The notes under the pieces were generated by a model. The model worked only from the letters and a program-made list of their open reading frames with translations. It was not told where the DNA came from and searched no databases. A stretch of 64,000 bases of DNA. Origin: Dehalococcoidia bacterium (lineage in GTDB: Bacteria > Chloroflexota > Dehalococcoidia > UBA2979). Each line of letters opens with the position of its first letter. Positions within the stretch are counted from its first letter, which is position 1. The translations under genes and the position numbers were made by a program. The stretch covers positions 768,001 through 832,000 of the forward strand of contig CAXXDN010000002.1 of assembly GCA_963667465.2 (NCBI GenBank), written 5' to 3'. Below, one piece after another: positions 51,666 to 61,443 of this stretch.

Positions 51666-51697
51666 AGTATATTCCGCGGCGCGCCCGGTGCTACGAT
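51666..51697. promoter_or_regulatory. Divergent -10 elements: TATACT (minus, modABC) and TGcTACGAT (plus, yceD operon)
   Basis: Both hexamers lie in the 105-nt divergent intergenic gap. Confidence 0.5.
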
Positions 51698-51706
51698 CGT
51701 TTCCTG

Positions 51707-52312
51707 TTGGCCACGCAGTCAGCGCGGTCACGGCAGACGCCACAACGGAGACCGGTCGTGCATTTCAACGTCGCCACGCTGCTGCAGGAGCCGGTCGGAA
51801 GCCGCCGCGACGGACGCCTCGAGGGCGAGGCGATGCGCGTCGAAACGGTGGACTGGAGCGCCCTCGCGAGCGGCGAGGTGCGGCTGCTTCGCTCGACCCG
51901 CGGCGTGCTGGTGCATGCGCGGCTCGAGACAGCCCCCCTTGTTGAGTGCGCACGCTGCCTCGAGTCGTTCCGCCAGGCGGTCGCGTTGAGCATCGACGAG
52001 GAGTTCGTCGCGCCGTACGACCTGCTGACCGGCGAGCCCGTGGAAGCGATCGACGAGGACGACTTCCGGATCGACGCGCAACACCATCTCGATCTCAGCG
52101 AGGCAGTCCGGCAGTATGAACAGACGGCGATCCCGATCCAGCCGATCTGCCGTCCCGCCTGCGCCGGGTTGTGCGCGGAGTGCGGGAGCAACCGCAACCT
52201 CGCTGCCTGCGAGTGCGCGGAGACAGTCACGGCCGGGCCGTGGGAGGCGCTGAGCGCGCTGAGCGAGCGGCTGCACGCCACGGAGGAACACGATGGCGCT
52301 ACCGAAACGTAG
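51707..52312 (+). CDS. yceD: YceD/DUF177 family protein
   Basis: ECARCL, LDLSEAVRQ, PICRPACAGLCAECGSNRN..CEC; directly upstream of rpmF. Start TTG 51707 or a GTG near 51755-51758. Confidence 0.88.
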   Translation: MATQSARSRQTPQRRPVVHFNVATLLQEPVGSRRDGRLEGEAMRVETVDWSALASGEVRLLRSTRGVLVHARLETAPLVECARCLESFRQAVALSIDEEFVAPYDLLTGEPVEAIDEDDFRIDAQHHLDLSEAVRQYEQTAIPIQPICRPACAGLCAECGSNRNLAACECAETVTAGPWEALSALSERLHATEEHDGATET

Positions 52313-52502
52313 AACCCCGAAGGCGAAGCAGCGGCAGCGCCGCAGCCACCACCGCATCAACGCGCCGCACCTCGTGCGCTGCACGACCTGCAACTCCTGG
52401 CACGTGAGCCATCACGTGTGCGAGGTGTGCGAGGGTGACTACAATGACGCCGCCGAAGCGGCCCCGGTCGCCGAGGCCGAAGACGACGACGACGAGGAGT
52501 AG
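52293..52502 (+). CDS. rpmF: 50S ribosomal protein L32
   Basis: MALPKRRTPKAKQRQRRSH..CTTC..SHHVCEVC; SD GGAGG. Confidence 0.95.
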   Translation: MALPKRRTPKAKQRQRRSHHRINAPHLVRCTTCNSWHVSHHVCEVCEGDYNDAAEAAPVAEAEDDDDEE

Positions 52503-52562
52503 CCTCCAGCCGGACTCCGCGTGGTTCGGCCCGAGGCATACCGAACACCCCGCGGAGCGCCG

Positions 52563-53519
52563 ATGACCCCCATCACCATCCCGGAACTGCCCGCCGCCGC
52601 CGCCACAGCCTGGCTCTTCCCCGGACAAGGCGCCCAGCACGTCGGCATGGGCCATGACCTCGCCGAGGAGATCCCCGCCGCCCGCGCCGTCTTCGACGCG
52701 GCCGACGAGGCGCTCGGATTCTCACTCTCCACGCTCTGCTTCGAGGGCCCGGAGGACGAGCTGCTGCGCACGGTCAACACCCAGCCGGCACTCGTCGCGC
52801 ACGGCATCGCCGCACTCGCCGCGGCGATCGACCAGGGCAGTATCAGCGAGGCGCCCGCCCTTCTCGCAGGCCACTCGCTGGGCGAGTACGCCGCGCTGAT
52901 CGCGGCGGGCGCGATTAGCTTCGAGGACGGCATCCGGCTGGTCCGCGAGCGCGGGCGGCTGATGCAGGAAGCGTGCGACGCGCAGGCTGGCACGATGGCC
53001 GCCATCCTCGGCCTCGACCGTGACACGCTGGAACCGATCTGCGCCGACCACGGGGCAGCCGTCTGCAACGAGAACGCCGCCGGCAACATCAGCATCGGCG
53101 GGACCGCCGAGGCGGTCGCCGCGGCGAGTGAGGCAGCAACCGAGGCGGGCGCCTCGCGCGTCGTGCCGCTCAAGGTCGCGGGCGCCTTCCACACGCCGCT
53201 GATGGCAAGCGCCGCCGCGGGAATGGCGGCTGTCCTCGCTGCCGCTCCCTTCACGGACCCCGCAACGCCGGTCGTCTCCAACGTGACGGCGCAGCCGCTG
53301 ACCGCGGGGGACGCCCTCGCGGCCGAGCTGCGCGATCAGATCACGAGCCCTGTGCTCTGGCTTGACTCGCTGCGCACGATGCTCGATGCCGGCGTGAGCT
53401 CGTTCGTCGAGTTCGGGCCGGGCCGGGTGCTGACCGGGACGGTCGGCCGGACGGATCGTTCGGCCGCGGTGCGCAACGTCGCGACCGCTGCGGACGCGCG
53501 CGGCGGGGACGAGGAGTAG
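52563..53519 (+). CDS. fabD: Malonyl-CoA:ACP transacylase
   Basis: FPGQGAQ, TQPAL, GHSLGEY, GAFHT, VEFGPGRVL; start moved to ATG 52563 after GGAG. Confidence 0.95.
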   Translation: MTPITIPELPAAAATAWLFPGQGAQHVGMGHDLAEEIPAARAVFDAADEALGFSLSTLCFEGPEDELLRTVNTQPALVAHGIAALAAAIDQGSISEAPALLAGHSLGEYAALIAAGAISFEDGIRLVRERGRLMQEACDAQAGTMAAILGLDRDTLEPICADHGAAVCNENAAGNISIGGTAEAVAAASEAATEAGASRVVPLKVAGAFHTPLMASAAAGMAAVLAAAPFTDPATPVVSNVTAQPLTAGDALAAELRDQITSPVLWLDSLRTMLDAGVSSFVEFGPGRVLTGTVGRTDRSAAVRNVATAADARGGDEE

Positions 53520-53523
53520 CGGC

Positions 53524-54291
53524 ATGGTCGACCAGGCGAACACGAGGCCACTGCTGGGACGCAACGCAGCCATCACAGGCGGCGCGCGGGGCATCGGCCG
53601 AGCGATCGCGATGGAGCTCGGCCGCCACGGCGCGAACGTGATCATCACCTACCGGCGCGAGGAACACCTCGCCAGCGCCGTCGCCAGCGACATCCGCTCG
53701 CTTGGCGTGTCCTGCACCGCCGTGCAGGTGGACGTGCGCAACCAGGACGATCTGGAGGCGCTGTTCGAGGAAGGGCGCCAGCGCCACGGCAAGATCGACA
53801 TCCTCGTCAACAACGCCGGCGTCACCGAGGACGGCCTCGTCGTGCGCATGAGCGACGACTCCTGGGACCGCGTCATCGAGACGAACCTGCGCGGGGCCTT
53901 CCTCGCGACGCGGTTGGCGCTGCGCCAGATGACGCGGGCGCGCTGGGGCCGCGTCATCAACATCACCTCCGTCTCCGGGATCATGGGCAACGCCGGGCAG
54001 GCCAACTACGCCGCGGCCAAGGCAGGCATGATTGGCTTCACGCGCGCCGTGGCTCGCGAGGTTGCCTCGCGCCAGGTCACCGTCAACGCGGTGGCGCCCG
54101 GTTTCGTGCACACGGACCTCACGGCAGGGCTCAGCGACAGCCAGAAGCAGGCGATCCTCGACCTGATCCCGCTCGGCCGCCACGCCGAGCCCGAGGACAT
54201 CGCACCGCTCGTCGCCTTCCTCGCCTCGGACGCCGCGGGTTACATCACCGGCCAGACGCTGCACGTCGACGGCGGCCTGGTGATGCAGTAG
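53524..54291 (+). CDS. fabG: 3-oxoacyl-ACP reductase
   Basis: TGGARGIG, NNAGVT.D, GNAGQANYAAAKAG, VAPGF, YITGQTLHVDGG; follows fabD. Confidence 0.93.
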   Translation: MVDQANTRPLLGRNAAITGGARGIGRAIAMELGRHGANVIITYRREEHLASAVASDIRSLGVSCTAVQVDVRNQDDLEALFEEGRQRHGKIDILVNNAGVTEDGLVVRMSDDSWDRVIETNLRGAFLATRLALRQMTRARWGRVINITSVSGIMGNAGQANYAAAKAGMIGFTRAVAREVASRQVTVNAVAPGFVHTDLTAGLSDSQKQAILDLIPLGRHAEPEDIAPLVAFLASDAAGYITGQTLHVDGGLVMQ

Positions 54292-54297
54292 CGGGCG

Positions 54298-54765
54298 ATG
54301 CCGCCCGGCTCCCGCCGCCGTTCCCGCATCGTCGCCTTCCAGGTGCTCTACGAGGCGGACCAATCCGGCCGCGATCTGCGGCCCATCCTGGAGCGACATC
54401 TGGACGAATCGCGGCTTTCCGCGGATGCCGCGGCCTTCACCCGCTCGCTCGTCGAGGGCGTGGAGGAGCATCGCGAGCAACTGGACCAGCGGATCGCCGC
54501 GCAGGCGCCCGCGTTCCCCCTCTCCTCGATGGCGCCGATCGACCGCAACCTGCTGCGCCTTGCCCTCTTCGAGATATGCTTCGATAATCGCCGTGCTCCG
54601 CTGCCGGTCGTAATCAACGAGGCCGTCGAACTGGCCAAGGGATACGGCTCGGAGTCATCCGGGCGCTTCGTCCACGGGGTGCTCGGAGGGATCACGGCGG
54701 CGGACGCCACGGACCGCGAGGCGACGACCAACGAGCACGCCGGGCGCTCCGCCGGACCCGACTGA
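54298..54765 (+). CDS. nusB: Transcription antitermination factor NusB
   Basis: RRRSRIVAFQVLYE, IDRNLLRLA, VINEAVELAKGYG..SGRFVHGVL. Confidence 0.95.
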   Translation: MPPGSRRRSRIVAFQVLYEADQSGRDLRPILERHLDESRLSADAAAFTRSLVEGVEEHREQLDQRIAAQAPAFPLSSMAPIDRNLLRLALFEICFDNRRAPLPVVINEAVELAKGYGSESSGRFVHGVLGGITAADATDREATTNEHAGRSAGPD

Positions 54766-54801
54766 ACCGGCGCCCGCCCCCAGACCGAGAGGACCGCACC
54801 G

Positions 54802-55062
54802 GTGGCAACCACGTACGAGCGCGTTCGCGCCCTGATCGTCGAGCAACTCGGCGTCGACGAATCCCAGGTGACTCCCAACGCCTCCTTCGTCGATGACCTC
54901 AACGCCGACTCACTCGACCTCGTCGAGCTGATCATGTCGATGGAGGAGGAGTTCTCCGCCGACGGCACGGACATCGAGATCTCGGACGAGGACGCGGAGA
55001 AGATCCAGAGCGTCCAGGACGCCCTCGACTACCTGCACGACCTCGGCATCGAGGACGAGTAG
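54802..55062 (+). CDS. acpP: Acyl carrier protein
   Basis: [27 protein letters not shown]. Confidence 0.96.
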   Translation: MATTYERVRALIVEQLGVDESQVTPNASFVDDLNADSLDLVELIMSMEEEFSADGTDIEISDEDAEKIQSVQDALDYLHDLGIEDE

Positions 55063-55176
55063 CGCGCGCCGCCCGCGGGCGGCGTCTACGCCCCGGTGCA
55101 GCGGAGTCCCGGCCGCTCGCCGCGGTGAACCGCGCGTGGCCGAACGGAGCCGCGCCGGGCGTACTATCCTGTAGAC

Positions 55177-55620
55177 ATGGAACTGCTTGGCGTCGGTGTT
55201 GCCGAGGCGTTCGTGGTCCTCGTGATCTCGCTGATCGTCGTCGGCCCGCAGCGCTTCCCCGAGATCGCCCGCCAGGGCGGCCGCTATTTCCGCATGGCCC
55301 GGCGCTACGCCGCCGAAGTCACCGCCGACGTGCGCGGCGCGATGCAGGAGCTTGAGGCCGAGGTCGAGGAGCAGCGCGAAGAACTGATGGCCGCCCGGGA
55401 GGACATCTCCAGCGGCATCAGCACCTCGATCGAGGAGACCCGGAGCGATCTCCGCGACATCGGGCGTGAAACACAGGACGCTTTGCGGGACGCACCGGCC
55501 GCCGACGTACCGGCGGCGCGCGAGCCCGACACCTCCGGGAACGGCGCCGCCCCTCCCGCTGCGGCCAGCGGGCTGCTGACGCCTCGTGAACTCCCCGCGC
55601 GCGACGGCGAGAGCGACTAG
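55177..55620 (+). CDS. tatB: Twin-arginine translocase TatB-like subunit
   Basis: N-terminal TM helix with E, hinge GPQRFP, amphipathic helix; directly upstream of tatC. Confidence 0.75.
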   Translation: MELLGVGVAEAFVVLVISLIVVGPQRFPEIARQGGRYFRMARRYAAEVTADVRGAMQELEAEVEEQREELMAAREDISSGISTSIEETRSDLRDIGRETQDALRDAPAADVPAAREPDTSGNGAAPPAAASGLLTPRELPARDGESD

Positions 55621-55623
55621 GCC

Positions 55624-56433
55624 GTGACCAGCGCCCCGACCGACGAGCAAATCCCACCGGAACCGGACGCCGGGGAGGAGCCCGACGGCGAAGAAGAGGA
55701 GCGCGACGGCGGGGAGATGACCCTGCTCGGTCACCTCCTGGAGTTGCGCACCCGCGTCACCTGGATGGCGGGGGCGATCATCCTCGGCATGTGCATCTTC
55801 TTCCCGCCGCCCGTCAACTTCGCGATCTGGGAGTTCCTGCTCGAACCGGCGCGCTCGCGCATCGAGAACTTCGAGGCGCAGGCGATCGAGCCGCTGGAGA
55901 ACCTCGGCGTCTACTTCCGGATCGCGCTCGCCTGCGGCCTCGCCGTGGCGATGCCGATGCTCGTCTACCAGACGATGCGCTTCGTCACCCCGGCGCTGAC
56001 GAGGCAGGAGAAGCGCTGGATCTACCCGATCGCGCTCGGCGCCTCATTCGCCTTCCTCGCGGGCATGGCCTTCGCCTACTTCGTCGTGCTGCCGGCCGCT
56101 TACGGCTTCCTCTTCCAGTTCGGGAGTGACCTGGCGTCGCCGAATCCGCGCATTAGCAGCTACATGGACCTGACGCTGCGGCTGATCGTAATCCTCGGGT
56201 TCGTGTTCGAGATGCCGATCCTGATCATGGGGCTCGCGCGCATCCGCGTCGTGCACTGGCGCAAGCTGCTCGGCTGGTGGCGCATGGCGATCATCGGCGC
56301 CTTCGTCGTCTCAGCCATCGCGACGCCGACGATCGACCCGGTGACGCAGTCGCTGGTCGCCGGGCCGATGATCGTCCTCTACGGCCTTGGCATCGGCCTC
56401 GCCTGGGTCGTGCGTCCGAGGGCCGAGGAGTAG
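55624..56433 (+). CDS. tatC: Twin-arginine translocase TatC
   Basis: MTLLGHLLELRTR, FVTPALTRQEKR, GFVFEMP, IATPTIDPVTQ. Confidence 0.95.
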   Translation: MTSAPTDEQIPPEPDAGEEPDGEEEERDGGEMTLLGHLLELRTRVTWMAGAIILGMCIFFPPPVNFAIWEFLLEPARSRIENFEAQAIEPLENLGVYFRIALACGLAVAMPMLVYQTMRFVTPALTRQEKRWIYPIALGASFAFLAGMAFAYFVVLPAAYGFLFQFGSDLASPNPRISSYMDLTLRLIVILGFVFEMPILIMGLARIRVVHWRKLLGWWRMAIIGAFVVSAIATPTIDPVTQSLVAGPMIVLYGLGIGLAWVVRPRAEE

Positions 56434-56510
56434 CCGCGCCGCATCCGCCAGACCGATCAGCTGCATACGCAGCGCTACCGTTTCCGTAAGCGTGCTACGA
56501 TAGGCTGCAG

Positions 56511-57206
56511 ATGAGTGATGCCATCGGCAGTCCGTCTCGGGCGGCCAACCCCGCCCTGCTCACCCTCTACGAGGAGATTGCCGATTGCCCCGCCTGCGAA
56601 CTGGCCCGTACGCGCACGCAGACCGTCCCCGGCGCCGGCCCCGCCCCTGCCGAGGTGATGTGCATCGGCGAGGCGCCCGGCGCGCGCGAGGATGAACAGG
56701 GCCTGCCTTTCGTCGGGCCCGCCGGCCGCTTCCTCGACCAGTTGCTGGGTGGCGTCGGGCTTTCGCGGGAGGCGGTGCACATCGCCAACGTCGTGAAGTG
56801 CCGCCCGCCGGGGAACCGCGATCCGCAACCCGAGGAGATCGCGGCCTGCAACCCCTTTCTCGAACGCCAGATCGCGATTGTCGATCCGCTGCTGATCGTC
56901 ACGCTCGGGCGCTTCTCGATGTCCCGCTGGTTCCCTGGCGCCTCGATCAGCCGCATCCACGGCCAACCGAAGGATTTCGGTGGGCGCATCGTCCTGCCGA
57001 TGTACCACCCGGCCGCGGCGCTCCACCGCGGCGACCTGCGCCCGGTGATCGAGGCCGATTTCGCCCGCATTCCCGAGCTTCTGGAGCAGGCGCGGCGCGG
57101 GGGCCAGGCCGGGGACGCCGCCGCCTCCGAACCGTCCGCTCCGTACGTCCAGGCAAGCGCGGCCGCTGCTCCCGGCTCCTCGTCCGGGCAGCGTTCCCTG
57201 CTGTGA
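56511..57206 (+). CDS. Uracil-DNA glycosylase, family 4 (Fe-S)
   Basis: [38 protein letters not shown]. Confidence 0.93.
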   Translation: MSDAIGSPSRAANPALLTLYEEIADCPACELARTRTQTVPGAGPAPAEVMCIGEAPGAREDEQGLPFVGPAGRFLDQLLGGVGLSREAVHIANVVKCRPPGNRDPQPEEIAACNPFLERQIAIVDPLLIVTLGRFSMSRWFPGASISRIHGQPKDFGGRIVLPMYHPAAALHRGDLRPVIEADFARIPELLEQARRGGQAGDAAASEPSAPYVQASAAAAPGSSSGQRSLL

Positions 57207-58936
57207 GCGCGCGCAACGGGGCGACCCTGCGGGTCATTCCCCTCGGCGGCCTCGGCGAGATCGGCCGCAACATGATGCTCTACGAGCAGGGCGACGACGT
57301 GATCGCCGTCGACGTGGGGCTGATGTTCCCCGAGGAGCACATGCCCGGCGTCGACCTCGTGATCCCGGACCTGCGCTACTTGCTGCAGAACGCCGAGCGG
57401 CTGCGCGCCGTCTTCCTCACGCACGGCCACGAGGACCACATCGGCGCGCTGCCCTTCCTGATGCGCGCGCTGCGCGATCACGGCGAGCCGCTCCCGCCCG
57501 TCTTCTGCACCCAGCTCACACGAGGCCTCGTGCAGGTCAAGCTGCGCGAGCACCGGCTACTCGAAGAGACGCACGTGCAGGTGATCGAGCCGGGCCAGAC
57601 GATCGAGGCCGGTTCGTTCTCTGTCGAGCCGTTCGCCGTCTCGCACTCTATCCCGGACTCGGTGGGGTTCATCATCCACACCTCGCTCGGTCCGGTCGTG
57701 CACACCGGCGATTTCAAGATCGACCACACGCCGGTGATGGGGCAGCACACGGACCTCACGCGCCTTGCCGAGATCGGCCGCGAGGGCGTCGTGCTGCTCG
57801 CGGCGGACTCCACCTACGCGGAGATCGAGGGCCACACACCCTCCGAGCAGACGGTCGCCGACGCGCTCGATCGCGTGATCGGAGATGCGCCGGGGCGGGT
57901 CGTCGTCGCGACCTTCGCCTCGCTGATCTCGCGCGTGCAGATGGTGATCGACGCGGCCGAACGCTATGACCTGCGCGTCTTCGTCACGGGCCGTTCGATG
58001 GTCAACAACGTGCAGATGGCGCGCGAGCTCGGCTACCTCGACGTGCCCGACGGCATCCTCATGAACGTGCGCGAGATGCAGGAACACCCGGACTCGCGCA
58101 CCGTCGTGATCAGCACCGGCGCGCAGGGCGAGCCGACCGCCGCCCTCACCCGCATGGCGAACGGCGATCACCAGCACATCGCGATCACCGAGGGCGACAC
58201 GGTGATCCTCTCCTCGAACCCGATCCCCGGGAACGAGGCGCTCGTCGACCGCAACATCGACAACCTCTTCCGGGCCGGGGCGCGCGTCGTCTACAACCGC
58301 ATCGCGCCCGTCCACGTCCGCGGCCACGCCGCGCGCGAGGAGCTGAAGATCATCCACCGCCTCGTGCAGCCCCGGCACTTCGCCGGCATCCACGGCGAGC
58401 ACCGCCACCTGGTGATGCACCGCGAACTCGCAATCGACCTCGGGATCGACGCGGACGACGCCTTCGTCCTCAGCGACGGCGACGTGCTGGAGATCAGCGA
58501 GGACGGCGCAGCGATCGCCGATGTCGTCCCTGCCGATTATGTCTATGTCGACGGCATCGGCATCGGCGACATCGACCACATCGTGCTGCGCGACCGGCAG
58601 CGGCTCGCCTCGGACGGAATGTGCGTGGTGGTCGTCGCCGTCGACCGGCGCCGCGGCGAGCTGGTCGGCGTCCCGCAGGTGCTGCTGCATGGCTTTGTGG
58701 GCCCCGAGGAAGAGGAACTGATCACAGAGCGCGTGTGCCAGCTGGTCGCCAACCTCGCCGGTGGCGAGGAGGGGCGTCGCGACTGGACCGACTGGCGTGA
58801 GACACTGGAGGACGAGGTGGCTCGCCTCCTCTATCGCGAGACGCACCGGCGGCCCGTTGTACTGCCGGTCACCGTGGAGGCGCCGTCCGGCGAACGGGGC
58901 GGCGTCCTGCCAAGGAGCGCAACGACGGAGGAGTGA
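57203..58936 (+). CDS. rnj: Ribonuclease J
   Basis: [52 protein letters not shown]; GTGA overlap with the UDG gene. Confidence 0.95.
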   Translation: MSARNGATLRVIPLGGLGEIGRNMMLYEQGDDVIAVDVGLMFPEEHMPGVDLVIPDLRYLLQNAERLRAVFLTHGHEDHIGALPFLMRALRDHGEPLPPVFCTQLTRGLVQVKLREHRLLEETHVQVIEPGQTIEAGSFSVEPFAVSHSIPDSVGFIIHTSLGPVVHTGDFKIDHTPVMGQHTDLTRLAEIGREGVVLLAADSTYAEIEGHTPSEQTVADALDRVIGDAPGRVVVATFASLISRVQMVIDAAERYDLRVFVTGRSMVNNVQMARELGYLDVPDGILMNVREMQEHPDSRTVVISTGAQGEPTAALTRMANGDHQHIAITEGDTVILSSNPIPGNEALVDRNIDNLFRAGARVVYNRIAPVHVRGHAAREELKIIHRLVQPRHFAGIHGEHRHLVMHRELAIDLGIDADDAFVLSDGDVLEISEDGAAIADVVPADYVYVDGIGIGDIDHIVLRDRQRLASDGMCVVVVAVDRRRGELVGVPQVLLHGFVGPEEEELITERVCQLVANLAGGEEGRRDWTDWRETLEDEVARLLYRETHRRPVVLPVTVEAPSGERGGVLPRSATTEE

Positions 58937-58948
58937 GCAGAGCCCTCG

Positions 58949-58984
58949 AACCGGACCGCTTGCCTGGCGGGGGGCGGTCCGGTT
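58949..58984 (+). other. 11-bp perfect inverted repeat between rnj and ftsK
   Basis: AACCGGACCGC...GCGGTCCGGTT; no U-tract; ends just before the ftsK SD. Confidence 0.5.
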
Positions 58985-58998
58985 GAAGGAGCGGAGCG

Positions 58999-61440
58999 AT
59001 GGCCCGAACGAATACCCGCCGCCCGGCTGGCCGTGGCACGCAGCGAGCGACCTCACGATCGGTCGTGAGGCACGTCCTGCGCCCGGAGATCGCCGGGACC
59101 GCCCTTGTCGTTCTGGCGGTGGCGCTACTGCCCTTCCTGCTCCCGCTGACGAGTATCGTGGCCGAGGCCCGCGACGGCCTGGTGGGCGCCCTCGGGCTGC
59201 ACGTCTTCACGCTCGTCGTGCTCACGCTGACGACCGGGCTGCTGCTCGCGCTGCGCCAGGGCGGGCGGCTGCGCGGCCGCGGGCGGCACATCGCCGGCGC
59301 GGCCCTGCTGCTGGCGTTCAGCGCCGGGCTGCTCGGGCTCTGGACACCCGACGTGATCGTCGGCGAGGTCGACCTTGGCACGAGCTCGGCCGGGGGTAGC
59401 CTCGGGCGCGAACTCGCAGGCGGCGGGCTGCTGACGGCCGCCTGGCTCGCACTGTTCCCGATCGGGTTCACGCTGCTCTGGCCGCGCACGGCCTGGCAGT
59501 TACTGCGCGGCAGCCCGCGCGCCCTCGGCCTCACCCTGGCCTGGCTCTGGCGTCACGTCGCGCGGCCCGCCGGGCACGGCGTTGCCGCGCAGGTCCGCGC
59601 CTTCCGCGCGCGCCGCCGCCGGCCCGAGCTGGCGAGCGACCCGTACGCCGACCTCCGCGCCGACCTGCCGGCCGGAACCGGCCTGCCGACGCGCCTCGAG
59701 AACCAGCCGGCCACGAACGGTGCGACCTCGGGGGCCGAGGCCGCGAGCGAAGCGGCAGCCGCGATCGAGGTCGCGGAGCCGCCGCCCCCGAAGCAGATCG
59801 AGATGGACCTCGAGCACGATGTCAGCACCTGGCGTCACTCGAGCGATGGCTGGCAACTGCCGCCGATCGAGCTGCTGGCCGCGGCGGAGCCACTCGCGCC
59901 CGAGCTGGGCGACCAGCAGCGTCGCGCCGATCTGATCGTCGAGACGCTCGCCTCCTTCGGCGTCGAGGCGCAGGTCTCGCAGATCAGCGAGGGCCCGACC
60001 GTCACCCAGTTCGGCGTCGAGCCCGGCTGGGACGTGCGCACCCGCACGGTCCAGGAACGCACGCCCGAGGGCCAGGCCGTCCTCGACGAGGAGGGCCAGC
60101 CGCGCACGAAGCAGATCGAGGTCTCGCGCACGCGCGTGCGCGTGAACCGCATCACCGCGCTGCAGAACGACCTCGCGCTCGCGCTCGCCGCCCCCGCGCT
60201 GCGCATCGAGGCGCCCGTACCCGGGCGCTCGGTCGTGGGCATCGAGGTGCCGAACGCCAGCTCTGCGGTGGTGACGCTGCGCAGCGTGCTGGAGTCGCGC
60301 GAGTTCGCGAAGGCGGCGGGCAAGTCGCCCCTGCCGATCGCGCTCGGCTCCGGCGTCTCCGGCACGCCGGCCGTCGCCGACCTCGCGCAGATGCCGCACC
60401 TGCTGATCGCGGGCGCGACGGGCTCCGGCAAGTCGGTCTGCCTCAACTCGATCATCGCCTGCCTGCTGATGAACTTCTCGCCCGAGCAGCTGCGCTTCGT
60501 GCTGATCGACCCGAAGCGCGTCGAGCTCGCGCCTTTCGCCGACGTGCCGCACCTCGCCTTCAGCGAGATCGTGATCGACATGGACAAGGTGGTCGGCACG
60601 CTGCAGGCCGTGATCCACGAGATGGAATCGCGCTACCGGCGCTTCGCGAACGTCGGCGTGCGCAACCTCGAGCGCTACAACGAGCAGGCCGGGAGCGGCC
60701 GCCTGCCCTACTGGGTCGTGGTCATCGATGAGCTGGCCGACCTGATGCTGGCCGCGCCCTACCAGGTGGAGCACCAGTTGGTGCGCCTCGCGCAGCTCGC
60801 AAGGGCGACCGGCATCCACCTCGTGGTCGCCACGCAGCGGCCCTCGGTGGACGTGGTGACCGGCCTGATCAAGGCGAACTTCCCGACGCGGATCGCCTTC
60901 GCCGTCTCATCGCAGGTGGACTCGCGCACCATCCTCGACGGCGGCGGCGCCGAAAAGCTGCTCGGCAAGGGCGACATGCTCTTCCAGCCGAAGGATCAGG
61001 GGAAGCCGACCCGGCTCCAGGGCGTCTTCGTCTCCGACGGCGAGATCGAGGACCTGACGAGCTTCTGGACCGACGGTCGTTTCGAGGACCTGCGCCCGCC
61101 CAGCTTCGATGAGCTGATCGACGAAGCCGCCGAGGAAGTCGCCGCCCTCGAGGCCGGAGGGGGCGCCGGACCCGCCTCCGCCGAGGTCGACCCGATGATC
61201 ACGAAGGCCCTCGAACTGGCGCGCGAACACGACCAGATCTCGACCTCCCTGCTGCAGCGCCGCCTGCGCATCGGCTACCCGCGCGCCGCGCGCGTCATGG
61301 ACGAGCTCGAGGAGCAGGGCGTGGTTGGCGCCTCAGAGGGCGGATCGGGCAGCCGTCCCGTGCTCCTCGACGCGGACGAGGGTGGCGCGGAGACGCCTGC
61401 CGCGCCTGTCGCGGGTGCGCCGGTGGTGGATCGGGAATAG
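58999..61440 (+). CDS. ftsK: DNA translocase FtsK/SpoIIIE
   Basis: N-terminal TM helices, MPHLLIAGATGSGKS, IDPKRVEL, VIDELADLM, ATQRPSVDV, GAEKLLGKGDML, gamma domain STSLLQRRLRIGYPRAAR. Confidence 0.96.
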   Translation: MARTNTRRPAGRGTQRATSRSVVRHVLRPEIAGTALVVLAVALLPFLLPLTSIVAEARDGLVGALGLHVFTLVVLTLTTGLLLALRQGGRLRGRGRHIAGAALLLAFSAGLLGLWTPDVIVGEVDLGTSSAGGSLGRELAGGGLLTAAWLALFPIGFTLLWPRTAWQLLRGSPRALGLTLAWLWRHVARPAGHGVAAQVRAFRARRRRPELASDPYADLRADLPAGTGLPTRLENQPATNGATSGAEAASEAAAAIEVAEPPPPKQIEMDLEHDVSTWRHSSDGWQLPPIELLAAAEPLAPELGDQQRRADLIVETLASFGVEAQVSQISEGPTVTQFGVEPGWDVRTRTVQERTPEGQAVLDEEGQPRTKQIEVSRTRVRVNRITALQNDLALALAAPALRIEAPVPGRSVVGIEVPNASSAVVTLRSVLESREFAKAAGKSPLPIALGSGVSGTPAVADLAQMPHLLIAGATGSGKSVCLNSIIACLLMNFSPEQLRFVLIDPKRVELAPFADVPHLAFSEIVIDMDKVVGTLQAVIHEMESRYRRFANVGVRNLERYNEQAGSGRLPYWVVVIDELADLMLAAPYQVEHQLVRLAQLARATGIHLVVATQRPSVDVVTGLIKANFPTRIAFAVSSQVDSRTILDGGGAEKLLGKGDMLFQPKDQGKPTRLQGVFVSDGEIEDLTSFWTDGRFEDLRPPSFDELIDEAAEEVAALEAGGGAGPASAEVDPMITKALELAREHDQISTSLLQRRLRIGYPRAARVMDELEEQGVVGASEGGSGSRPVLLDADEGGAETPAAPVAGAPVVDRE

Positions 61441-61443
61441 AAC

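Noticed and set aside
55066-55084. GC palindrome after acpP as an intrinsic terminator
   Set aside because: Very short loop and no U-tract; plausible but unsupported in GC-rich DNA.
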